From assembly GCF_033153115.1 (NCBI RefSeq), contig NW_026889751.1, positions 28,644,001 through 28,708,000 of the forward strand: a DNA stretch of 64,000 nt. Direction: 5' to 3'. A model generated the notes under the pieces. That model was not told where the DNA came from, ran no database searches, and worked only from the letters and a program-made list of their open reading frames with translations. Both the position numbers and the translations under genes were made by a program. Origin of the DNA: Saccostrea echinata. Taxonomy: Eukaryota. This document shows, one piece after another, positions 1 to 13,250 of this stretch. Position 1 is the stretch's first letter; every line of letters starts with the position of its first letter.

Positions 1-295
1 TATACTGCTTTTATTCGTGACGGAAATGAAATAAGAGCATTTGAAGTACAATATCCATAACATAGTACATTGTATATAACAGGTTTCACAATAAACGTCA
101 ATTAATGATATTGTTATTTAAGTTTTACAGGGGGGTTGGAGACGTACTTCTACATCATGCGGGATTTTGAAAGTATTTCTTTCTGCTATAAGCCTGTAGG
201 CTGTCAGTAGAAACTACAATATATATATTATTAGATTTTTTCTGTCGGTAGTGGTATAAATTCAATTCCCCGCGCTTGCGCGGGATTTCATCTAG
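1..295 (+). mobile_element. Short non-autonomous Helitron (3' end clear; 5' end at or before window edge)
   Basis: Hairpin CCCGCGC-TT-GCGCGGG (269-284) followed by CTAG (292-295) then T, the canonical Helitron 3' terminus. The window start TATACTGC resembles the TCTATACT 5' end of the Helitron at 2024. Confidence 0.6.
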
Positions 296-1686
296 TATTC
301 TTTTACATTTATACATTTCAGTTTTAAGCTTCATTTACGTCTTCATCCTATCAATAATGATAACCTCTCTGTATAAATTGACAAACTCTCTGAAAGTGTA
401 TACCAAATATAACAATGAATGAAACTCAGTGTTAATCACGAAAAGACCACACTTCTGTCCAGTATCCATCTTTTGTTCGTTACTTTTCACTTGACTTCCG
501 ATCAGAATTGTTAGGCCGATTTCAAGAAAACATGACAGCATTTTTTAAGAAATTGATTTTAGTAAATGTAAGCTTAAGATTATTATTATGAGTTCACTGG
601 AAATGTTGAAGAAACATACGGCACGTCACTACAGCTCTTAAGAGCTTATGAGTGAAGTAGTTCACGAGAATATAAGCGGTATACGTCATCCCTACAGATA
701 TGTTCGGAACCTTTTTCGGTATTCAGCCAATGATTTGGAAGTAGCTCGATCTTGCGAGATTTAGTGAGACTACAGCGAGACTGATAGTGGATCAGGTAAA
801 TTATTCTCGGAAGTGTTGCTATGAAGTGACTAGCACGTGGAAACATGATGAACAGAAAAGTTATGTTATACATTTCAGTTTTCACAAATGTTCACCAACA
901 TTTGGAATGCGGATGCACCTTAATCTCCATCCAAAATTTATTTTAAACTTCGATTAGTGAATATTTAGGATATTTTTATGCAGCTAAGTACAAGTAATAA
1001 AATTTCGTTTTGGGCAAACATGTTTGAATAGGAAACTATATTTTCGGGTGTCAGACTAAAGAGGTACCAACGTGACATAAACCGACAAATCAGCTAAATA
1101 AGTTGAACTGCATTATGGGTTACTATGAATACTACAGGAATTTTGCGCTTGAAAGAGACCAAAAATTCTACTCGCACTCGGAAAAAACATTTTTTAAATG
1201 CATTCCGAGGTTGAAAATATGTTTATTATTATGAAATATTTAGAAACAATTAAGTGAACATAGAATAGAATTCTAGCTTTCTCTACTTCAATATATAAGG
1301 CAATTTGCGTCTGTATTTCGTAGTTGTACATAAAGATAGTACTTTTTTACCAACCTGAGGGGCAACTGAATTGAAGAAGGCTCTATTGAGCCCAAAACAG
1401 TAAAGCAAAGTTCAAGTCGGTAACACCCCCTTCCTCTTTTTATGCCCCTGGATCGAAAGATCCCGGGGGTATATTGTTTTTTTTTTAATCATGAAAGTTT
1501 ATCAGAAGGTTTAAAGGCCTGGAAGCATATTTAATTAAAAAAAATAGAGCAATTTCCTGTTTACTATCGATGTATCTTAAGAAACTGATTGAAGATTACA
1601 AACTTTTAATGGGTTAAGCAAGACCACGTGTCTTGAATTTAAATTACAATAACATTAGTAGGAGGTGACGATGTTAATGATCACGG

Positions 1687-1961
1687 ACAATAAAAATGGA
1701 ACTCAGAAATATTTATGTGATTGCGCTTGTTAAGAATTAATCTGATTCTTCACACAAGTTCTCTGGGCTGATATAAAAAGGATGCTGGAGTTCCTCGTTG
1801 ACAATATCTATGTATAGTCTTAGAAGACAAGGTCTTCCAACAATCTTTTAGAATTCCATTAGGTACTTATTGTGCCCTTTTATTAGCAAACTATATGAAG
1901 CAGAATTTATTCAAAACATTCTACATGAGAGGAAAACTCTTGCTTTGGCCTTCAACTCGAC
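1687..1961 (+). mobile_element. Degenerate Penelope-like retroelement RT fragment
   Basis: Frameshifted translation NKNGTQKY...ADIKRMLEFLVDNIYV...KVFQQSFRIPLGTYCALLLA...YEAEFIQ..LALAFNST; same family as the minus-strand copy at 8070-11370. Confidence 0.7.
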
Positions 1962-2023
1962 ACACACGCACACAAACACGCGCACATATATTGCATACAA
2001 ACATATGTGTGTGTGTGTGTATA

Positions 2024-3867
2024 TCTATACTACTATATTAAAATAATAGACTCGAATTTTTGGCCTTTAATACCGATAAATCGGAAGAGTACCGTCTTTT
2101 ATTTGATATATTTTAAACATCATTGGTACTTGAAGATTACCAATTTGTTTTTATTTTTTCTCAATTAAGCTTCGCTATTTAATAATCAACGAAAATGCCT
2201 CAAAAAATTCCGGAAATCATCTGGATTTTTTGGATTTTACAATCTTGCGCGTGCGCATTACATTCACGCTAAATCACGGTGCATTCGGCTCACCTCGGCT
2301 GACTACGGTACCCTACATCATTTGACGTAATCGGCCGAGGTGTGCCGAGTGATCACGGTGTTCAAATCAATCTCCCTTGCAGAATTGTCGTTCGTTTCTC
2401 TCTTATACACGAATGTATGAGCCGTTGGTCGAGAGTGTGTTCAAATCAGAGAAGCCAAAAGTATATACTAAGTAGATATATATTTGTTATTGTATAATTT
2501 CTCTAATAAGAAATCATTAATGTATATGAACAGAATATATAGCAAATTTCCAATGAAAATTTACACTTATTTGTCATAGGCGTCGGAACCGGGGGGGGGG
2601 GCTAGGGGGGCTTAGCCCCCCCCCCCTTTTTTTTTGCAAAGATAGGCATAATATAGGCATTGAAAACTGGGGCTTACCTTTTTTCGTTGGTTTGCCCCCC
2701 CCCCCCACTTTCAAATAGCCACCCCACTTTCAATTTGCTTCTGACGTCTATATGTTTGTATTATCGTAATCGTTTCTGATTTTATATCCATACAAATGTG
2801 ATATTGTGGCCACGTGGGTAATCATTCGCCATCTCGGAGACACATTTATTATATGTTATTTATATCTCTGGCCATCTCAACGGAGGCAAAAAGCTCATGA
2901 TCGTAGAAGCAACATTAATGTAACTACCCGATTTATTTTATCCCTCCTTTCTTTTATGCTTTTTTGAACTGAAGGGGGGGGGGTGTTACAACTCCAGTTA
3001 GAATCACATCTTAGTGAAGTAGGCATTCTTTTTCCGCCAAAAATTACAATAACTACTATATAAAAATTATAGACTCGAATTTTTGGCCTTTAATACCGAT
3101 AAATCGGAAGAATACTGTCTTTTGTTTTATGTATTTTAAACATCATTGGTACTTGAAGATTACCAATTTGTTTTTATTTTTTCTCAATTAAGCTTCTACT
3201 TTTATTACTTTTTCTATGTACCAATTCAAGGATATTACATTAATTTTTATCAAAACAGACAGTCTTTTACAGATTATATACCTGTCTATTACCTGTGTAT
3301 ATATAAAGTATATGTATTAGCAGTGCTTAACTCTTTTATTGTTGAGGTCATATTTTGAAAAAGTTGAGACCTGCAGTGTTAAAATTGTTACAAAAATTTT
3401 TACACCTTTACTTTAATAACTGATTGTGTAAAAATACCAGCTTAGCACAATTCTTCATTTTCATTACTTTGCTTGATATGTATCAGCAGTGTGCTCAACT
3501 CTTTGCTGTTGTCATATTTTCAATGAACATCGATCCATAATTTCTTTTATTAAATTTGTTTGGAAAGGTGAAATTTATGCAAGCTCCGGCGTGATTCGAA
3601 CTCAGGACTTGATTTATAGCTAACTGGTGGTCAAACTCATTCTGCGCTACGCCGTTACGCAACAATTTAAAAAAAACAAAAACAAAAACAAAACAAAACA
3701 AACACACAAAAAAAAAAAAAAAAAACAGAATTATATTAACATCCATTGTTTATTTCAAAAATACCTTACAATATGAATGTGTCGATGTATCTATTTTGTA
3801 AATGTCCGATATGCACATGGATGCATTCATAACAATGTCAACCCGTGCACGCACGGGTCAAAATCTA

Positions 3868-3868
<1 letters not shown>
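2024..3868 (+). mobile_element. Non-autonomous Helitron with internally duplicated 5' segment
   Basis: Termini A|TCTATACT...CTAG|T. 3' hairpin ACCCGTGC-AC-GCACGGGT (3841-3858) lies 6 nt before CTAG. About 150 bp of the 5' end (2028-2180) recurs at about 3053-3200. Confidence 0.75.
2575..2754. mobile_element. MITE with CA...TG termini and 5-bp TSD, nested in the Helitron
   Basis: Imperfect TIR CATAGGCGTCGGAA / TTCTGACGTCTA(TA)TG; TTTGT duplicated at 2570-2574 and 2755-2759; internal G-run/C-run hairpin. Confidence 0.7.

Positions 3869-3935
<67 letters not shown>
3869..3935. repeat. (TA)n microsatellite
   Basis: About 33 perfect TA units directly after the Helitron CTAG. Confidence 0.97.
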
Positions 3936-3938
<3 letters not shown>

Positions 3939-5670
3939 TATTTGACATAACAGAGCATGCTCTGAGTAGGATAAATTTTGAAACTGGACAGGCTACTGAC
4001 AAATAAGTTAATGTTACAGGGTTTTCAACAACTCGTTCAAAGTCGGAATAACCTTTGGTTGCAAATACGACATTTTTAGGTCGTATTTTGACTGACATGT
4101 AATATACCAATTGCTAGGCTGTTTTTAAAACTGGATTTAAATAAAGGGCTCATGGCGAGTGTGACCTGTCAATAGGGGGTGCTTTACTCATAGGCACCTG
4201 ATCATAACTTGGAATTTTTAGCGTTCCGGGTTTTTATGCCTGTTCACAAATTTGTATTGTTTGATAGATTTTTGAGTTCGGTCACTGTCCGTGATGTGTA
4301 TTAAGCACAATACTACATGTTTATATAAGTGGTTGACATTTCATACCCAGTCACTTTGTGTGGTCACTTGTCAAGAGATCTATTTGGAATTATGATTAAA
4401 TTTGAAAAGCATGTGTAAAGCTGACGAAGTATTCTACTTTGAAGTATGACGAAGATAAATTAAAACTGAATGCTGTATTTAGACAGTAATACCGCACATA
4501 TACGTGTTTGTCTCTTAACGTATCTTAAAATACACAGAGTGAACTTTAAAAAAAATAATAATAATGCATGTATTTTGTTTTCAAAGGAGATTTGGAAAAA
4601 AATTCGTGTAGGAAGGGCTTTTGAAATTTTGATCGCCAGGATGAAAATCCCAAAGGCTTATCGCTCATCTACTGTAAACCAAGAATCGTAGTAATGTCTA
4701 CTGCGTAAAATACACAGAGTAGTTTTGGGAACCAGATTAAAAAAACGACCTTCCTTCCATATAGCCTTTCGCATAATGAAAGAAAAGAAAATTCCGGAAT
4801 CTTATTCATTACAGGACACCCCACCACCATGCATATTCTAAAAGATGATTTTATTGCTTAAAATGTAAGAGCAGGTAAGAAAAAGACAGGGGACGGACGG
4901 ACCAGGATATCAAATTAAATATACTCGAACTCTCTTTAGAAGCGCGGGTATAATCACTTTATTATTTGATTTCTTGTCAGGTTTTCACGCAGAATTAAAT
5001 CTGATCTGAAAGGATTTGTTTAAAGAGACATAATGAGAGATGTTGAGATCTTTCCAAATTATTTTTAATGTAAAATTGACAATTTAATTTTGTCTTTATT
5101 GAACTAGACCCACAGTTATGATGCTAATTGTGCACTGGGCTAATTGTTCTTTACACCACACAAGGCATTTTGGCATTTTACTAGTGAAGTGGGCATGTCT
5201 CCAATTTTACCGCTGCTCATTATAATTATATCTGTCAAAGATTTTATATTTGGTTAAAATGAAAGTCAGTACTTTATACAGATACATGTATTTTATAATG
5301 ATCATTTCGTTGTCTTTGTCCATGATATTGTACTCCTTATATTAAAAATGAGTAACATGGCAATCATTGAAATAGTCCCTGCATGAACAATATCAAAACC
5401 TGTCAGTACATTTTACCTTAAATTGATCTCTTTCTCTGGCACTTCTATAGGGAATGAATCTTTATACTATATAAATTATGTCTTATTTTTATGGTACTTG
5501 TATTAAATCGCTCTCCTTCTTTACCTTTGAGTTTACATATATTTCCCCCTTAAAAATACTCGAACCACTCGTCATCTATTTAGTTCGTACTAGGTAAGAT
5601 CTAATGGTACTCTTGAAATTGCACTCACAACATTATTATCATTATCACTGTCTTCGATTTGTATGAGTTC

Positions 5671-5753
5671 TAGCTCACCTGAGCCGAACTTTCAAGTGAG
5701 CTTTTCTGATCAGAGAGTGTCCGCCGTCCATCCGTTGTCTGTAAACTTTTCAC

Positions 5754-5808
<55 letters not shown>

Positions 5809-6867
5809 AGCATCCTTGGATAAAGGGGATTAAAGCTTGTTCACAGGAAGTGCCATTCCTTCTTTCAAGGGGAGATAATTAAGAACTCGTGAAAAATTGG
5901 TGGCATATTTTAAAAATCTTCTCAAAATTCATGGGCAAGAAAAGATAAAACTTACGTGAAAGCCTTGTTACATACGCTAGATTCAAGTTCGTTCATATCA
6001 TTACCCCCGGGGGTAGGGCGGGGCCACAAGAGGAGTCGAAGTTTTACATAGTAATATATATGAAATAGCTTTTAAAATCTTCTCGAGAACAACAAAACAA
6101 CGAAGTACCTGTGGCAAGTATCCTAGGGAATTGATGTTAAGTTCTGAGTGTAGTATATCTGAAGAAGATTGAGACACCCGGCTCTTATCTATCAATAGAA
6201 ACCTAGAGGAGAAACTTGGTGCAAGTAGTACATTACTCAGTCCCCGTCTCTAGATAAGAAAAAAAATTAGTACTGTGTGATTTACCCTCAGACGCAGCAA
6301 TCTTAATAATCATTCCAATCATTAAATAAGAGTAAAAAGAAAACCTATATATCCTTAGTAAGAACCTGGTCATACACGTTACATGGGAAATATCTTTAAA
6401 AATCTTAAGAACAACAAAGCCATTATTAGTCATATTTATACAGAAACAACCTTATTTATTGTACAATCAAGTTAAATTACATGTATGACCCTCAGGGGCA
6501 CAACAGAGGGTCGTGTTTTACATAAGAATATATAGGAATCAGCTTGAAGAAATCTTCTGCTCAAGAACAGCAAAGCCATGATTAATTATATTATTATAGA
6601 AGCATCCTAAGGTAGTGTAGATTCAAATTTATGATGGGGCCACACTTGCATGTAGCGATCAGAGTTTTACATAGGAATACATAGGGGGGATCTTAAAATT
6701 GCTTCTGCTCAAGAACAGCAAAGCCATTATAGTAATATTGATATGAGAGCATCCTGAGATAGTGTAAATTTAAGCCCCCCCCCCCCCGTAAACTTTTCAA
6801 TACTGATTTCTGCTTTTTCCTAGTCAGTGTGCTCAGGTGAGCGATGTGGCCTATGGGCCTCTTGTTT
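5671..6867 (+). mobile_element. HINE (non-autonomous Helentron) with degenerate satellite-like internal repeats
   Basis: Subterminal IR GCTCACCTGAGC (5673-5684) / GCTCAGGTGAGC (6831-6842), (GTCC)-like microsatellite near the 5' end, 3' hairpin GGCCTATGGGCC, terminal CTTGTTT. Internal units (tcaagaac...ttttacatag) resemble the oyster Cg170-type satellite from memory. Confidence 0.8.
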
Positions 6868-7012
6868 AGTCATATATTTATCTTAATAGCAGTATGAGGA
6901 AATTGAAACGCTAAAACGAACAGATAAATCCACATACGGGACAAATTCTCCATATGATGCGAAAAAACGAAGATGATGCAAAAATAACTCGCTGTATTCA
7001 TATCTTCCATTT

Positions 7013-7221
7013 AGAATGAGTGAAGTCTGGAGTCTCCTGTTGAAGCATGCGTCAGAATGAGTGAAGTCTGGAGTCTCCTGTTGAGGCACGCGTCATAATG
7101 AGTGAAGGCTGGAGTCTCTTGTTGAAGCACGCGTCAGAATGATTGTAGTCTGGACTCTTCTGTTGAGACGCACGTCAGAATGAGTCAAGTCTGGAGTCTC
7201 CTGTTGAAGCACATGCCAGAA
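7013..7221. repeat. 41-bp minisatellite, about 5 copies
   Basis: Unit AGAATGAGTGAAGTCTGGAGTCTCCTGTTGAAGCAYGCGTC repeated head to tail. Confidence 0.92.
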
Positions 7222-8515
7222 TACTTCTTTGATCGTCTCGTAAGCTTTTATTTTTGGTCCATTATCTTTCTTTAAAATGGATCAACAGATCTTAGCATAT
7301 GGGGCGGTCAATTTTTCAGCAATTTGACTTTTATCAATATGCATTGGAATATTCCATAAACATGTATGTACCAAATAGTTGAAATTGAAGTGCATGTTCT
7401 ATATTGTTAAATAAATGATTAATCACTTTGTATATACTAGAGTATTCTAGGTTGTCAAATCGATCAATTTATAGTAATGAGTTATGTTTTCTATCATAAG
7501 ATTTTGTGCCTGACAAATGTTTGCTTTACGGAGAATTTAAAATGTTTTAAAACAGCTGGGTTTTTTTCGGTGTTACTTGGTGTCACTGTGCTTGATACGT
7601 AAATGATTTAATGTATTTTTTGTCCCTCTCCTGTAAGTAAATTTAGCTTCACGTAGTTAACATTTTATAGATTTCTAGATTTACATATTAGAGGAAGGAA
7701 GCATTTTTGCTACTAAGTTATATGTACTACTATAACTAAGGGTCCATGTTATGTTTTAATTAATAATAAATTAATTTCAACTGTGAATTCCAATTATAAC
7801 GTGTCCCTGGCCTAGCTGCTGAATTGCAGCGTTATGGTTTTATATATTAGTCTTTGACCATAACGCTACAGATCCCGTTATGCAAATATGGTGCAATTTA
7901 CGGTGCAAGATTTTCTGCGCACGATTGGGGAGAATTTCTCCACTTTCCAGCATCGGTCAATCAACTACCTTTCGGTTCCTTATTCTAGACATATTCTTTA
8001 ACCAACATGTATATTTTATCCACCTCCAAACCCTTTACAGTCGTCCCTACAGACCAATAAACTCGCTTGTTTTGAAATTTTTGTCGGATGGAATCAACTT
8101 GTTTGTCAATAGCTTGTCTCGTTTTAGAAATTGCTGTACGTAGAGCATGCTCTTGCATATCGAATGAACTGGGAGACATAATCCCCATATGCAGGTGAAG
8201 TAAAGGAAGTTGACAATAGAAAAGTTGAAGTAATCACGTTTATCATCAAGTTTTGTTGTTAGGTCACCATTAACGTCTTTTTCTAATAAAATATCCAAAT
8301 ATCAAACAGATATGTGGTATCTTTTATTTCAAGTTCACTGGGATATATCGAGTCTACATATGAATGGAAGTAACTATTGTTAACTGATATTACGTCGTCG
8401 TGTTGAAGGCCACAGCAAGTGTCTTCTTCTACTCATGTACAAGTTTTTAAATAAATTCTTCATATGAATACAAAAATTAGTCTGCTAATAATGGGGCGCA
8501 ATTGGTATACCCATG

Positions 8516-8867
8516 CAGGGCTCTAATTGGCGACTAATTTAGTTGCCATGGCGCCTTTTTTTTTGATTGGAGCCTAAAATTTTTCCATAAGTTGCCAAAT
8601 TGGCGACCATTGATTTGGCGATCGTCGAATTCCGGAAATTTTCACATTTTTAACAATTTTTCTAAAAAACCAAAGGAAATTCAAAAGGAGAGGAAATTAT
8701 TTTTAGCAATGGATATGTCTTGTTTTCTTAGGTACGTCATTGGTCCCTATATTCTATTTATTTTTAAAGTTGCCGCCTTAGAAAAATTACCTGGCGACTA
8801 AATATTTGCATTGGCGACTAAAGTTTTTTGATAAGGCGCCAGCTGGCGCTTAAATTTTAGAGGCCTG
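8516..8867. mobile_element. MITE with 11-bp TIR and 5-bp TSD (CCATG)
   Basis: TIR CAGGGCTCTAA / TTAGAGGCCTG (10/11 match); CCATG at 8511-8515 and 8868-8872; repeated TGGCGAC motifs; interrupts the RT GIPMG codons. Confidence 0.85.
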
Positions 8868-9056
8868 CCATGGGAATTCCGACATATTGTTGGAAGACCT
8901 GATCTCCAAAAACTACATGGATGTTGTCAATCAGAATCTCAAGCATCTTATTTACATCTACTTTAGGGTACGTGTGTGTACAATCAGAATGCTTTTTTTA
9001 ACAAAATAATTTTGCAAATAACCAATGGCAAGGTATGTAAATTTACGAGTTCCAAT

Positions 9057-11231
9057 TTTAGGTACCTGAGTCACTCAGGTGACCTATTGCTCTCCGTTTT
9101 CGTCCGTCGTCGTGCGACGTGCGTTAACATTTGAACATTTTTAGCTTCTTCTCTGAAACCGCTTAACCAATTTCAACCCCATTTGGCATATAGCATCTAT
9201 GGGTAAAGGGGGACAAAAATTATGAATTTCATGGTCGCTGCCCCCTGGGGCCTGAGGGGTGGGGCTAAAACCACCAAAATTAATGCAATCTTTAAAAATC
9301 TTCTTCTTTACTCCTGGACGTCAAGCAGTCAAACTGTTCGCATGATTGTAATAAGCATTGAGCCTTCTACCAAAATTGTGAAATTCATGGCCCCAGGGTC
9401 AGGGGTTCTGGTGCTAGGGTGGGGCTATATAGATCGTATAGTGAAAGTGCATTATTCCTTTGAAAATCTTCTATGCTCCTGGGTATTAAATAAAGTAACT
9501 AAGTACATAGTTATGAAGAGCAAGAGTGCCTCTTCCAAAATTGTGAATTTCATGACCCCAGGGTCAAGGGTTCTGGTGTTAGGGCGGGACTCTATTGATT
9601 ATATAGTGAAAATGCATTAATTCATTGAAAATCTTCTTCTCTGCTCCTGGGTATTAAATAAAGTAACTAAGTACATAGTTATGATGAGCAAGAGTGCCTC
9701 TTCCAAAATTGTGAATTTCATGGCCCCAGGCTCAGGGGTTCTGGTGTTAGGGCGGGGCTCTATTGATTGTATAGTGAAAATGCATTAATTCTTTGAAAAT
9801 CTTCTTCTCTGCTCCTGGATACTAAATAAAGTAACTAAGTACATAGTTATGATGAGCAAGAGTGTCTCTTCCAAAATTGTGAATTTCATGGCCCCTGGGT
9901 CAAGGGTTCTGGTGTTAGGACGGGGCTCTATTGATTATATAGTGAAAATGCATTAATTCTTTGAAAATCTTCTTCTCTGCTCCTGGGTATTAAATAAAGT
10001 AACTAAGAACATATTTATGATGAGCATAGCTGTCTTTTCAGAAATTTTGAATTTTATGGCCCCTGGGTCAGGGGTTCAGGTGTTAGGGCGGGGCTCTATT
10101 GATAATATAGTAAAATTGCATTTATTCTTTGAAAATCTTCTTCTCTGGTCCTGGATATTAAATAAACTAAGTACATAGTTATGATGAGCATGGTTGCCTC
10201 TTCCAAAATTGTGAATTTCATGGCCCCTGGGACAAAGGTTCTGTGTTAGGGCGGGGCTCTATTGATTATATAGGGAAAATGCATAAATTCTTTCAAAATC
10301 TTCTTCTCTGCTCCTGGGTATTATTCAAACAAAGGAAGTGCATGGTTATGATAAGGAAGAATGCCTCTTCCAAAATTGTGAAATCCATGGCCCCTGGGTC
10401 AGGGGTTCTGGTGAAGAGGTGGGGGTGACTATTGATTATATAGTGAAAATGCATAATTTCTTTAAAATTATTTTTTCTACTACTGGTTATAAAGCAAAGA
10501 AACAAGTGTATAGTTATGATGAGCAAGGGTGTTTCTTCCAGAATTGTGAGTTCATGGCCCCTGGGTCAGAAGTTCTGGTGTAAGGGTGGGGCTTTATTTA
10601 TTTAATAATATAGTGAAAATGCATTTTTTAAAAAATCTTCTATGCTTCTGGGCATATTCGAGGCAAACAGAGTAAAAGTTTTAATATGTAAAGGTATTTT
10701 TACCAGAATTTTGAACACCTGGACCATTAAGTCAAGTGTTCTGGTCCTGGCCAAGGCTCTATAAACTTGTATTCTGCTGAGTAAAGTTATTCCCCTATGC
10801 CATTCACCTTTTATAATTAATCACTATAAACAATGTATTTGAAAAGTCAACAGAATACGAGCATTATGCAAGAATATTTATTGTATAATACAAAAAGTAC
10901 TTTCATAGTTTTAATGATCAGGTAGACTTGGAAATAATAGATGAATAAAAATGAGACAAAAATAACTTATCTTTTTAAATGTTCTTCAAAGGCCAAGAGA
11001 GGCCAATGTGAGAAGTAATAATATGGGGTTAAAAAATAGACATTTTGTTAAAAGTCTGCATGGTAATAGTGATAAATTGGGGACAGATAGATACTAGACC
11101 AATTATTTTGTTGATGCTAATCATACTATTTTTCTTGCTTTTGGGCAACAAAGCTTCATTTATCAGTTTATGGATCCTCATAATTGTTGTATTGTACTCA
11201 GGTGACCATTAAGGCCCTTGGGCCTCTTGTT
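9057..11231 (+). mobile_element. HINE (non-autonomous Helentron) with ~168-bp tandem array (about 8-9 units)
   Basis: 5' palindromic GGTACCTGAGTCACTCAGGTGACC and (CGT)n tract; 3' ACTCAGGTGACC, hairpin AGGCCCTTGGGCCT and CTTGTT; TTCCAAAATTGTGAA recurs at 9533, 9701, 9869, 10201, 10368; inserted in a T-run of the Penelope RT. Confidence 0.88.
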
Positions 11232-12749
11232 CTTGAAAAGCAGCTGTCCATGATGTCAAAAGCCTGGACTTCGTGGGGAATGCACTGTATACAGTTTTGA
11301 GAAGTCGTAAGTTTTCATGTTATTGATTTCGGTAAAAAGGATGTATTCACTATTACAAAAGAATTGACCTATAGGAGAGAACAATTTCCCGGAAAAAGTT
11401 ACATTTAAAAATCAATCTTTATTTGTTGTTTTCTACCGTATATATGTCTAATTTTTTCATATTTATATTTTACAACTTTATTATTTAAAATTTGTTATTT
11501 ACAACTTTACAATAAACCTCCAAAGTTGGCCGAAACACCATTTTGTCCGTTAAAGCGTTGATTTTTGCATGAATTTTGGCCTAGAAGTCCTTCAGGGCAG
11601 GCCTGCCCCTAAATAAAATTGTGATATTTTAATAGGTTGGGATGTAAGGAATAATTTAATATAGGATATTTTTAGGGGCACCCCTGCCCTAGGGTCGAAA
11701 TTCACAAAAAACCTACAAAAAATAAGGAAACCTGATTTTGACAATCTGCTTCAAATTTATACCAGTCAATCTTATAGTCAGAATAGCTCAGTTAATATAT
11801 GCGCTGACTATTATGTCGTGGATATTATCTTTTTAAAGTCGGGGGTTCGAATCCACCTGGTGCCACACTTTTATAGTTTTAAATTTTCGCATTTTTCAAA
11901 GACTATTTTAAATTTTTATAGGCTTGTTTAATTTTCTTCAATTATCTATCCTTTATGCATTCCCATTCTTGATATACGAAACACAAGAGAGAGCTCAAAT
12001 CGTAACAATCCAATGTACAGTTGTCAGTCAGGCGCAAAACTTTCTCCGAGGACAAGAATAACTCACTCTGTGTTACTCGAGACAGGTATTCTTGGCAGCA
12101 TTGAGCTGCGATGAATTTCAATTGTATATATGCCTTAGAATTTAATCACATTGCTTCTATTCTGTCTGTGCTACTAGTGCTTGTCTGGGTTACATGTAGT
12201 ATGTTACGTATTGCTTGAATTATTTGAGCTTAATATATTTAGAATAACATACATGTACTTTTGTTTTCAGTCAATGTTCTAAGATCTTAAGTTTTGAAAC
12301 AGTTTGGCTACATATATATCAGTGACTGTACTCCCTTAGATTTCATTTAGGTCTATATAATTTGCACACATTAATGGCATGTTTTATTATATCCACGGAA
12401 TAGTGTTGTGAAATAAATATCCTATTCATAAAGAATGGAATTCCAAAGAGAGTACACATTACCATTCTCGTACAATGAGAAGTGAAGAAAAATATCAATT
12501 ATTACATTTGAAGATAATTTAACAAACTCAGAATATCAATGAAAGTGTTCCTATTAACTCGCTCACTGAAATAAAGATTTATGAAAAACAAATTGTTACA
12601 TGTATTCAGCCTCAAGTCATGAACCGGAACGGAAATCGACAAGCCTTTTGTAGAGAAAAAAACAAGCCCGGCCCTATAGGTCAGATCCATATTTATATAG
12701 AAGTGAACCTTTCGTGATTTCAAATTTTTTAAAAGGAACTATTTAAAAA

Positions 12750-13250
12750 TTTTCTAAAAGGAACATTTATAAACATATTCTCAAGAACAGCAGGGTTGTA
12801 AAAAGTGATATTCTCGGCTAGTGCAGATTCAAGTTTGTTCAAATCTGGGGCTGGGGTAGGGTTGGACCAATACAGGACAGCAGTTATTTTGTTCAAGTCA
12901 TGGCTATCTAGGGTATGGTGAGACAAAATAAGGGATCAGTGTTTTACATAGGAATATATCTGTATAAATTAAATCTTTTTTTAAAATCCTCTCGATAACA
13001 GCAGGACCATGATTAGTATTATTAATACTAGTGGGTTGAGTAGACAAATTTCATCAAATGATAGCACGGAGTTGGGGTGAGGCTACAATAGGGTATCGGA
13101 TTTTTACAAGTGAAATTTTAGGAATTAATTTTTACCAAAGTTAATGGAACACACACATTAAAACGCCAACATTCCTAACTTTTGTAAACCCCCTTATTTA
13201 AAAAAAAGGCCAGGGGGTCAGGATGAGGAGAAAAGTTACATTATGCATTT
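12750..13250 (+). repeat. Degenerate HINE/satellite fragment related to 5671-6867
   Basis: Shared motifs ctcaagaacagca, gattcaagtttgttcaaat, gttttacataggaatat. Confidence 0.55.

Larger units (their letters stand above)
8070..11370 (-). mobile_element. Decayed Penelope-like reverse transcriptase split by two nested insertions (pieces ~11232-11370, 8868-9056, ~8070-8515)
   Basis: Minus-strand translation MKTYDFSKLYT (motif A) ... LIDNIHVVFGDQVFQQYVGIPMG / NCAPLLAD*FLYSYE (motif B) ... DDVISVNN..SIYPSELEIKDTT..LTTKLDDKRDYFNFSIVNF; multiple stops and frameshifts. Confidence 0.8.

Noticed and set aside
3865-4110. ORF ending in (IY)n; also the RE-repeat ORF at 53169-53369
   Set aside because: Translations of microsatellites.
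7828-7867. 11-bp inverted repeat AGCGTTATGGT/ACCATAACGCT
   Set aside because: Short and isolated, with no further structure to support an RNA gene or element boundary.
9222-10583. ORFs of 61-132 aa
   Set aside because: Chance frames through the 168-bp HINE array.
11780-11868. tRNA gene (TAGCTCAG...GGTTCGAATCC)
   Set aside because: A- and B-box-like motifs only; no complete cloverleaf or acceptor stem. Probably a repeat-derived tRNA-like relic, as are 14812-14878 and 3585-3660 (minus).
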